Part shown: positions 57,086 to 64,000 of the stretch, piece after piece | How the letters are laid out: the number at the start of each line of letters is the position of its first letter | Position numbering within the stretch: position 1 is the first letter of the stretch | Source: Candidatus Saccharimonadales bacterium | Lineage (GTDB): Bacteria > Patescibacteriota > Saccharimonadia > Saccharimonadales > EFPC-124 | DNA: 64,000 nt | Assembly (NCBI GenBank): GCA_050730875.1 | Contig: JBOHNX010000002.1 | Span: 92,805-156,804 of the forward strand | Direction of reading: 5' to 3' | Translations under genes and position numbers: made by a program | The notes under the pieces: generated by a model | Told to the model about the DNA's origin: nothing | Database searches by the model: none | The model's input: the letters and a program-made list of their open reading frames with translations, nothing else

Positions 57086-58399
57086 ATGGTTGAAGCAGAA
57101 ACTCCAATAAACGAAAAAAACGAGTCGGAGCCTACAGATACCGCGCCTCAGGGATTGCTGAAACGTAAAAAGAAGCTCGTGCTAACTATTCTTGTCATAC
57201 TTGTCGTGGCAGCCGCATTTTTGCTAATTTTTTATCGCAGTCAAACCGGTCGTTTGCCGGGTGCGCCTGAAGTAGTCAACCCAGTAAAAATATCGGCAGC
57301 TGAACAAGAAGGCAGAAAATACTCCAACAATACCTGCACGGGTAACGAAGTCAAAAAGCTTACCCACCTGCCGCTTGATGCAGAAAACATTACCAACGTA
57401 TTGCCATACGGGGGTGTTGTGGCGGCACATGTCATGCCAATCTCGCATGGCTATATTTGGCCTGGCAGAATGGGAGACCCGCGTGATAAATATAATGTCT
57501 ATGCCATGGCGGACAGTACGCTCTTCTCTATATCTAGCCGTTCCATAAATGTCGACTCCGGCCAAGCCAAACAAACCGAATACCAACTGAACTTTAGCGT
57601 CAGCTGCGTTGAATTCTACTACTATGACCTTATGACAAGCTTGACTCCAGAGCTACAGAAATACCTCGATGATCACCCGAGTCCAGGTTCCGCCGGCAAT
57701 TATGTGAGTGTCAATATACCAATCAAAGCCGGCCAACTGGTTGGCAAAATTGGCGCCCAAACGCTTGACTATGCTGTCTGGGATTTTAACAAAACCCTGA
57801 CGGGTTATATCGTGCCGGAGCATTATGACGGTGATGCGCCACGCACGCACTTGGTAAGCCCGTTTGACTATACGACTGACGATGTCCGGAAAGTACTTGT
57901 AAGTAAGCTTATGCGCAGTGTAGAACCAATTGAGGGCAAGGTTGATTATGACATCGATGGCAAACTCATTGGCGGCTGGTTCCAGGAAGGTACCAACTAT
58001 TACGAACAAGGTGGAGACCGCTACTGGGCGGGTCACTTAGCAATTGTTCCTGATTACTTGGATCCGACACTTTTGCTGGCTTCCATCGGCACCTACAAGG
58101 GTACTGAAACAGCGCAGTTTGCCCTTTCGCGCGATGCGCCAGATCCAAAAACGGTGGGGATTGAGGCAGGACTTGTTAAATACGATCTTTTCGAGATTGA
58201 CCATACTCTAGCGGACGGCTCGAGGTGGGATCGCTTTACTCCGGCTAAGGGCATTAAAGGTAAGACTAACGGCCCCAGCCAAGGCTGTGCGCTGTTCCAG
58301 CTCGTCGAAACACGTAAACTCAAGGCTGAGTTCTTCGCGAGCAAGACTTGTTCCGCAATACCTGGTTTGACCTCACAAGCTAAGACCTATATTCGCTAA
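57086..58399 (+). CDS. hypothetical membrane-anchored extracytoplasmic protein
   Basis: The ATG at 57086 is preferred. One TM (LVLTILVILVVAAAFLLIFY). No family recognised. Confidence 0.5.
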   Translation: MVEAETPINEKNESEPTDTAPQGLLKRKKKLVLTILVILVVAAAFLLIFYRSQTGRLPGAPEVVNPVKISAAEQEGRKYSNNTCTGNEVKKLTHLPLDAENITNVLPYGGVVAAHVMPISHGYIWPGRMGDPRDKYNVYAMADSTLFSISSRSINVDSGQAKQTEYQLNFSVSCVEFYYYDLMTSLTPELQKYLDDHPSPGSAGNYVSVNIPIKAGQLVGKIGAQTLDYAVWDFNKTLTGYIVPEHYDGDAPRTHLVSPFDYTTDDVRKVLVSKLMRSVEPIEGKVDYDIDGKLIGGWFQEGTNYYEQGGDRYWAGHLAIVPDYLDPTLLLASIGTYKGTETAQFALSRDAPDPKTVGIEAGLVKYDLFEIDHTLADGSRWDRFTPAKGIKGKTNGPSQGCALFQLVETRKLKAEFFASKTCSAIPGLTSQAKTYIR

Positions 58400-58408
58400 A
58401 GGTAAAAA

Positions 58409-58585
58409 TGGCTCCGGGGCGGGATTCGTTCGTATTCTGCTCGCTCGTAGTTCGCTAACGCTCACCTCGCTCGGCCAAGCGAGGATTCCTCACAGCGCCA
58501 CTGGCGCTGTTCGACCCATGGTTCGAGTCCTGTCCAAAAAAACATGTGATCTGTCGACGACCTAATGGTCATCACCAAATCACAT
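58409..58585 (-). repeat. tRNA-Asn 3'-end-containing module, copy A (hairpin, U-tract, conserved core, 20-nt tRNA 3' fragment)
   Basis: 58409-58428 is the reverse complement of CGAAUCCCGCCCCGGAGCCA (the tRNA-Asn T-loop to CCA, one C shorter). The core is at 58437-58480. The hairpin 58544-58585 is near-identical to 59874-59915. Confidence 0.7.
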
Positions 58586-58664
58586 GGCTCACCACGATAG
58601 GGCAAGTTATAACCATAATCAAGCACGATCTGACAGGTGTAGCTGTGCTATAGTGATTTAGATC

Positions 58665-59055
58665 ATGGCGAAGCAATCGAAGTACAGCATAGTCATCCCT
58701 GTTGGTATGAAGCCCCGGCCTAAGATACACGAAGAAACAGCAGCCGACATACTGGCTAATCATTTCAAGTGTGATGTGTATTTTATTGAAACCGGCAGTC
58801 ACGGGACACCAGATATATCTATTCAAGGTGTGGAATGGGAAGTGAAGAGTCCTATCGGCAGTAGCAAGAACAATATCCGAAAAAAATATGCGCGAAGCCG
58901 GCACCCAGTCAGTAAACGTAATTATAGATTTACGACGCTCTAAGCTACATCAAACGCGAGCCTTGGGCTATATCAATGAATATATGAACACCTCGAAGAA
59001 GCTCAAGCGCGTCGTGGTCATTACTAAATCTAAACGTATATTGACAATAAAGTAG
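58665..59055 (+). pseudogene. PD-(D/E)XK nuclease-like small protein interrupted by a frameshift in an A7 run
   Basis: Frame 1: ...GTPDISIQGVEWEVKSPIGSSKNNIRK, stopping at 58943. The +1 frame continues coherently from the A7 tract (about 58870-58876): NMREAGTQSVNVIIDLRRSKLHQTRALGYINEY...RILTIK, stopping at 59055. Confidence 0.5.
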
Positions 59056-59155
59056 CACCAAGAGTATAATGATAGGTGTAAAAGACGCATACGGGACTGA
59101 ATCTGACCCAGAGGCGTCTTTTCTTTTTGTCTCGACGATAAACGAACTATTACGT

Positions 59156-59644
59156 CTATCTTACAACTCGCTGGACCTCAAATATTTCCATAATTTTATC
59201 GACAGTTTCGTCGATTGTCATATCAGAATTATCGATTATATAGCCGAAGCTAGGTGATGCAATTCCAGTATCGTAGTGATGCTTTATTCTTGAAACCTCC
59301 CATTCAGACAATTCACGGCCGCCTCTTTTACTTTGGGCTACTTCAAGTCGGGGTGCTAACGTAATAACGACTTTGGGCTGCGTCTCTATTTCTTTTTCAA
59401 AACGATCAAAATCTTTTTGCCTCACCACATAATTAGCCACAACGTCTTTCCCTTGTTTGGTATAGCTATTGATAGTTCGGATTGCTAAGTCCATGGACTT
59501 ATCCAGATCAGTCGCCAAGTTGAAGTTCGGGATTGTGTCGTTGAGATCATCGACATTGATAAAGGCTGCCCCCATACGGTCGGCCAATAACTTTGATGTT
59601 GTCGTTTTACCTGAATTAATACTACCGCTGACGAATATCAACAT
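59156..59644 (-). CDS. P-loop NTPase / small-molecule-kinase-like protein
   Basis: 162 aa. Walker A FVSGSINSGKTTTSKLL. Size and layout resemble shikimate/gluconate-kinase-like AAA proteins. Confidence 0.6.
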   Translation of the reverse strand: MLIFVSGSINSGKTTTSKLLADRMGAAFINVDDLNDTIPNFNLATDLDKSMDLAIRTINSYTKQGKDVVANYVVRQKDFDRFEKEIETQPKVVITLAPRLEVAQSKRGGRELSEWEVSRIKHHYDTGIASPSFGYIIDNSDMTIDETVDKIMEIFEVQRVVR

Positions 59645-59739
59645 TACTTAATAATAGCAAAGTATAGTGGTTTCAATTCTAGTCTGCCTGCATAAAAAGT
59701 CAGAACCAATTACTAGTTCTGACTTCATACATTACGGCT

Positions 59740-59915
59740 TGGCTCCGGGGGCGGGATTCGTTCATATTTTGCTCGCTCCTGATTCGCTTCGCTCATGTCG
59801 CTCGGCCAAGCAAGGATTCTTCGCACTGCCACTGGCAGTGCTCAACCTTCGCTTCAAATCCCGCCAAACAAAAATGTGATCTGCCGACGACCTGAAGGTC
59901 ATCACCAAATCACAT
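59740..59915 (-). repeat. tRNA-Asn 3'-end-containing module, copy B (immediately downstream of the intact tRNA)
   Basis: 59740-59760 is the reverse complement of CGAAUCCCGCCCCCGGAGCCA, identical to the tRNA 3' end. Core at 59768-59812. Hairpin plus U-tract at 59866-59915 acts as the tRNA terminator. Confidence 0.7.
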
Positions 59916-59989
59916 GGCTCCGGGGGCGGGATTCGAACCCGCGACCAATTGATTAACAGTCAACTGCGCTACCGCTGCGCTACCCCGGA
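59915..59989 (-). tRNA. tRNA-Asn (anticodon GUU), CCA encoded
   Basis: Manual cloverleaf: UCCGGGG-UA-GCGC-AGCGGUA-GCGC-A-GUUGA-CUGUUAA-UCAAU-UGGUC-GCGGG-UUCGAAU-CCCGC-CCCCGGA-G-CCA. 75 nt. Confidence 0.9.
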
Positions 59990-60029
59990 ATGCTTTGGCT
60001 ATTATAGCAGCTTATCAACAGAGGTCAAA

Positions 60030-60467
60030 TTACTTTTTTGTAAGTGTGATTAATCTGCTTTTAAATGAGGTTGCGGCATCGGCTAACCCCAGTACCTGCA
60101 GCGAGCCGACAAGTACAAACAAATCATCAATCGCTTTTTGCGACGGTTTTGCAATTTTTTCTACGGCTGTGAAACGTTCGCTTATAAGATCTACCAGCCA
60201 CTTTTCCTGCGACTGGTTAACTTCGCTGAGGCCTTTAAATTCTGCGGCGGTTTGCACCACTTCGAGCGAACGGGCGGAATGATCGCGCTTGCGCAGGTGC
60301 CCTTTTCTGATCAAATTATCTACATGGATTGCGACCGTCGAGACCGACTTATAGCCTAGCCCACGCATAATTTCGCGATAGCTTGGACCGTACCCATGAC
60401 CAGCAATAAAACCATCGATAAAACTCAAGAGTTCGCGCTGTTTTTTAGATGGTCGAGTTTCGCTCAT
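60030..60467 (-). CDS. LexA-type winged-helix DNA-binding protein lacking the S24 peptidase domain
   Basis: KKQRELLSFIDGFIAGHGYGPSYREIMRGLGYKSVSTVAIHVDNLIRKGHL matches the LexA N-terminal domain. The C-terminal 70 aa are helical, with no Ser/Lys dyad motifs. Confidence 0.65.
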   Translation of the reverse strand: MSETRPSKKQRELLSFIDGFIAGHGYGPSYREIMRGLGYKSVSTVAIHVDNLIRKGHLRKRDHSARSLEVVQTAAEFKGLSEVNQSQEKWLVDLISERFTAVEKIAKPSQKAIDDLFVLVGSLQVLGLADAATSFKSRLITLTKK

Positions 60468-60925
60468 ATCCGTATAGGCCCAAGTTTAGGTCCGCGGAAA
60501 ACCCAGTACTTATTGCCCGCATACACCCAAAAGAACATAAATGCGCCAACCACAAATTTGCCAAGATACGGCGTTATGCCAAACCACTGCTCAAGTGCCC
60601 ATAATACACCGTAGGTAATACTAAGGTTTACTATCAAAAATATGGCATAGCGGACCATATTGGCCCGGCCGGTTTGCCTGTCCGCCCCTTTACGGAAAAC
60701 CCAGTACCGGTTTAGCAGGTAGCTTACTAATAGCCCTAGAAGATAAGCGACGACCGTTGCCACCAACAAGCTATGACTTAGGAGGGTGAACAAGAGGACA
60801 AACGAGCCGTAATCAGCAATCGTCACAAAAAAACCCGAAAGCATGTACGCCACCACAGTTTTTTTATCTTCAAAATGGCTGAGGCGGGAATACATTGGTC
60901 CTTGGTAGTACAGGTGCAGTGTCAT
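60464..60925 (-). CDS. GtrA-family membrane protein
   Basis: 153 aa with 4 TM helices. YLLNRYWVFR and GNKYWVFRG are GtrA-like repeats. Confidence 0.75.
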   Translation of the reverse strand: MTLHLYYQGPMYSRLSHFEDKKTVVAYMLSGFFVTIADYGSFVLLFTLLSHSLLVATVVAYLLGLLVSYLLNRYWVFRKGADRQTGRANMVRYAIFLIVNLSITYGVLWALEQWFGITPYLGKFVVGAFMFFWVYAGNKYWVFRGPKLGPIRI

Positions 60926-60958
60926 GAAAACGTAACCTTTAGCTTTATAGGGATAGTA

Positions 60959-62287
60959 CTACATTTTCTTGCTTGAGCGTAAGGGTTGGGGCGAAAATGC
61001 CCATAATCCTACGACCGCCCACCAGGTCATCGCGGTGGGGTCATCAACCCATGTGTGTAAAAACATATTAATGAACGTAAGCCCGGCAAAACTGGCAATA
61101 AGTAGCCTCGGCCACAGTTCCTGAGGCTGTCGCCAAAGAGCCACCGCCAACGCCACATTAATGGCAATAAACAGCCCCAAACCAGCAATCCCAATCTCTT
61201 GCGCGATTTGCACAAAATAATTTTCGGCGATTTTCGGCGAATCGTTTGTGTTGTAGTACGAAGCTGGTCCAGCCACACCAACACCTTGGCCGAATGGATG
61301 CTGCAGGGCGTCTACTGCACCAGCTGCTGTCGAATGCCAATGCTGGGCGCTCGATCCTTCAAGAAGAGATGGGTCTCCTGGGCTTGAATGAAAGATAGCC
61401 AGCCGTACCGAAGGCACGGTAGTTGTTAACCACAAAAGCATTGCCCCTACCACAATAGCCGGTATGCTGCCCCACTTCACCAACTTCACAAGCTGCTCTT
61501 TTCTGAAGGATAATACAGCCAGAACGCTCAAAGCCACTGTGGTGCCGAGCCACGCACTCCGAGAATGTGACAAGAATAATGCGACAAAACCAAGCCCCAG
61601 CGCTGCACCGGCAAGCAAATTGCGTCTCTGCTTCACTACCAAAGCTGCTGCCAATGTAAGCACTAAAATAAGGTAGGAGCCCAGTTCATTAGGACCACGC
61701 AAAGTTGCGAACGCTCTTGGTGTATCGGGATTATCATCAACAAGAAGATATGGTGGAATAGTTTTCAAACTGTCGTACCCAAATTTAGCCAAAAAATCAT
61801 TAGGCAATACCGATACTTGTAGAATTGCCAACACAGAAATTACAATTGCCGTCGTCAAAAGCCAAGGAGAACCCCAAGTTTTTAATTTCTGCACCCAAGA
61901 GTCATTGCTTGCGACAATCAGTTGAGCTAGCAAAAACATTGCCAAAAATCGTAGGTTCATAAGTAATCCGGCAACTGCTGCTTCGCTCGATGCATTTGAC
62001 GTTAGCGCATATACAACAATAAAAATTGCATAGAACAAGACTACTCTGTTAATCCATCGGTCCCATAGAGTCTTAAGAACATCTGGTCGCGCTATGCAGT
62101 AGATGCCAGCGATAATGCCGAGCCCGAGTAGCAAAATCTCTTTCCAACTCTTCCAAGCCAAAAGTGGTCCAACAGCAGTTCCTCCCCAAGTCGATAAAAA
62201 AGCATGGAGCGGTAACAAAAGCAGTATACTCACGAATCCGACAATGAGCACTTTTATGAGTATGGTGAGTATTCTTTGATTTTTCAT
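60959..62287 (-). CDS. O-antigen ligase/polymerase (Wzy_C) family membrane protein
   Basis: About 11 TM helices. Loop with ...FLSHSRSAWLGTTVAL (Wzy_C-like). The ATG at 62287 is preferred. Confidence 0.65.
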   Translation of the reverse strand: MKNQRILTILIKVLIVGFVSILLLLPLHAFLSTWGGTAVGPLLAWKSWKEILLLGLGIIAGIYCIARPDVLKTLWDRWINRVVLFYAIFIVVYALTSNASSEAAVAGLLMNLRFLAMFLLAQLIVASNDSWVQKLKTWGSPWLLTTAIVISVLAILQVSVLPNDFLAKFGYDSLKTIPPYLLVDDNPDTPRAFATLRGPNELGSYLILVLTLAAALVVKQRRNLLAGAALGLGFVALFLSHSRSAWLGTTVALSVLAVLSFRKEQLVKLVKWGSIPAIVVGAMLLWLTTTVPSVRLAIFHSSPGDPSLLEGSSAQHWHSTAAGAVDALQHPFGQGVGVAGPASYYNTNDSPKIAENYFVQIAQEIGIAGLGLFIAINVALAVALWRQPQELWPRLLIASFAGLTFINMFLHTWVDDPTAMTWWAVVGLWAFSPQPLRSSKKM

Positions 62288-62325
62288 TATCCCTACTATA
62301 CCGCAGCGCATGGTACTATACCTGC

Positions 62326-63345
62326 ATGAATGTCCTAGTCACTGGTGGTGCCGGATATATTGGCACGCACACCGTTGTAGAGTTGGTTAACGCAGGCCAC
62401 GATGTCGTTATTGTCGACAATCTTGTTAATAGCAGTGCGGAGGCCGTGCATCGTGTCGAAAAACTTACAGATCGCAAAATCCCGTTCTACAAAATAGACG
62501 TAGCCGATAAAGCGGCTCTGGGACGCATTTTCGACAATCACAGAATTGATGCTGTTATACACTTTGCCGGCCTTAAGGCAGTAGGCGAATCTATAGAAAA
62601 ACCGCTTCTTTATTATAGAAACAACATAGATTCCACCTTAAGTCTTTGCGAGGTCATGCAGGAAAAAGGCGTTACAAAAATGATTTTCAGTTCGTCTGCG
62701 ACGGTTTATGGCCCTCCTCAAGAACTGCCAATCACCGAAGACCATCCGGTGGGTGCAACCACCAATCCCTACGGGCAGACAAAAGTTATGATCGAACAAA
62801 TCTTGCGCGACATAGCTACAGCTGACTCTCGATGGCAAATTAGTTTATTGCGCTACTTCAACCCTGTAGGTGCGCACAAAAGCGGCCGCATTGGTGAAGA
62901 CCCACACGGACTCCCAAACAATCTTATGCCCTACATAAGTCGTGTCGCCGTTGGTAATTTGAAGCAGCTAACAATCCACGGCAATGACTACGACACACCA
63001 GATGGAACCGGTATACGCGACTATATACATGTCGTGGATCTTGCGAAGGGTCACGTAGCCGCGCTCGAACACCTACCACCAAAAGGAGTTGCGGAGCCGT
63101 ATAACCTTGGTACCGGTAAAGGAACGAGCGTTCTGGAAATGATCAAGCTTTTTGAAAAGGCTTCCGGACGGGAAGTGCCCTACGTTATTGGACCCCGCCG
63201 TGCAGGGGACGTCGCCGAATGCTACGCCGACCCTAGCAAAGCCAATGAAGAATTAGCTTGGCACGCCGAAAAAACAATTGAGGACGCTTGCGTTGATAGT
63301 TGGCGATGGCAATCGCAGAATCCAAACGGGTTTGCCAAGGAGTGA
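62326..63345 (+). CDS. galE: UDP-glucose 4-epimerase
   Basis: VLVTGGAGYIGTH, SSSATVYG, YGQTK catalytic motif. 339 aa. Confidence 0.9.
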   Translation: MNVLVTGGAGYIGTHTVVELVNAGHDVVIVDNLVNSSAEAVHRVEKLTDRKIPFYKIDVADKAALGRIFDNHRIDAVIHFAGLKAVGESIEKPLLYYRNNIDSTLSLCEVMQEKGVTKMIFSSSATVYGPPQELPITEDHPVGATTNPYGQTKVMIEQILRDIATADSRWQISLLRYFNPVGAHKSGRIGEDPHGLPNNLMPYISRVAVGNLKQLTIHGNDYDTPDGTGIRDYIHVVDLAKGHVAALEHLPPKGVAEPYNLGTGKGTSVLEMIKLFEKASGREVPYVIGPRRAGDVAECYADPSKANEELAWHAEKTIEDACVDSWRWQSQNPNGFAKE

Positions 63346-63363
63346 TACAATACTAGGCAAGAT

Positions 63364-64000
63364 ATGCCAACACGTTCTGCTCGTCTGTACAGTTTAGCGC
63401 TTCTCGTGGGCGATTTTTTGATTCTTTTGTTTGCGTTTTCACTTGCCTACACGGTGCGCGTGCAGTTTGACCCCCGGCCTTTAGTAGCACATATCTCTGC
63501 TGTCGATTTCTTCCTGACTGCGCTGCTGCTGGTACCGTTTTGGATTGTTGTCTTTGCATTTCTTGGTCTTTATACAAGCCAAATCTACAGCAAGCGGCTG
63601 GTTGAATGGGGCCGCCTACTTATAGGGAGCGTTATCGGCATCCTCATTGTAATCGGTTACTCATTTGTGATTGATGAGCCTGTCTTCCCTGCTCGCTTGG
63701 CTGCGGTATATGCCTTTGCTGGTTCGTTTGTCCTGCTGGTTGTAGAGCGCGAAATTCTGCGCTTTGTGCGCGAAGTCCTTTTCCGGTTTGGTAAAGGCAT
63801 TAGCCGCGTGCTGGTTATCGGCAATTCAGCTGCAACAAAGGACATTGCATTTCAGTTGAGCAATACTGCGCAGTCGGGCTACCAGATTGTAGCGATTGCC
63901 GGGCCGCAATCTGTATTGCCAACAAACTTTAATGGCACGCAGTATCGCAGTGTCGAACAAGCGTTGAATAATCTCGACAAAAAACATATCACAACCATTG
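63364..64000 (+). CDS. polyprenyl-phosphate glycosyl-1-phosphate transferase (WbaP/EpsB-type sugar transferase), N-terminal part; runs off the window
   Basis: My own translation from the ATG at 63364: MPTRSARLYSLALLVGDFLILLFAFSLAY..., 4-5 TM helices, then RVLVIGNSAATKDIAFQL... (CoA-binding-like linker). Open to the window end. Not in the ORF track. Confidence 0.6.
   Translation, partial: MPTRSARLYSLALLVGDFLILLFAFSLAYTVRVQFDPRPLVAHISAVDFFLTALLLVPFWIVVFAFLGLYTSQIYSKRLVEWGRLLIGSVIGILIVIGYSFVIDEPVFPARLAAVYAFAGSFVLLVVEREILRFVREVLFRFGKGISRVLVIGNSAATKDIAFQLSNTAQSGYQIVAIAGPQSVLPTNFNGTQYRSVEQALNNLDKKHITTI

Noticed and set aside
58409-59915. tmRNA or split/permuted tRNA interpretation of the tRNA-like modules.
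   Set aside because: There is no 5' acceptor strand complementary to CCCCGGAG. There is no GGGG...GGAUUCGAC 5' tRNA-like domain, and no conserved tag reading frame (copy A has an in-frame UAG where copy C is open). The D-loop-like UGGCCGAGCGAGG has no matching cloverleaf.

Overview
This 64-kb window is gene-dense (about 65 CDS, mostly on the minus strand, many with overlapping stop and start codons) and looks like a streamlined bacterium with a Gram-positive-type envelope. Assigning it to Patescibacteria/Saccharibacteria is my inference from gene content only. Recognisable content:
- Housekeeping genes: tsaC, trmB, aspS, corA, a Kef-type antiporter, DsbA-like, Fur, Crp/Fnr, a MurC-like ligase, galE and HhH-GPD glycosylases.
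- An F-type ATPase operon in the order atpF-H-A-G-D-C, with no a or c subunit genes where they are expected.
- Two very large surface proteins (826 and 2312 aa).
- One tRNA-Asn(GTT).
- Two envelope-glycan clusters.

Most interesting observations:
1. A 15.5-kb co-directional array (40678-56216) joins a two-component system, a Csc/WxL-like cell-surface-complex cluster and a glycan assembly line that includes a pyruvyl transferase.
2. A cobalamin-riboswitch-like leader with a terminator sits directly upstream of an uncharacterised 454-aa zinc-ribbon protein.
3. A roughly 160-nt near-perfect rod-shaped RNA candidate has G-U pairs that favour the plus strand.
4. About 177-nt modules ending in the tRNA-Asn 3' end are duplicated and bracket a 1.1-kb islet. 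A third copy of their conserved core lies inside a structured intergenic element at 35 kb.

All calls rest on reading motifs by eye. No searches were run.
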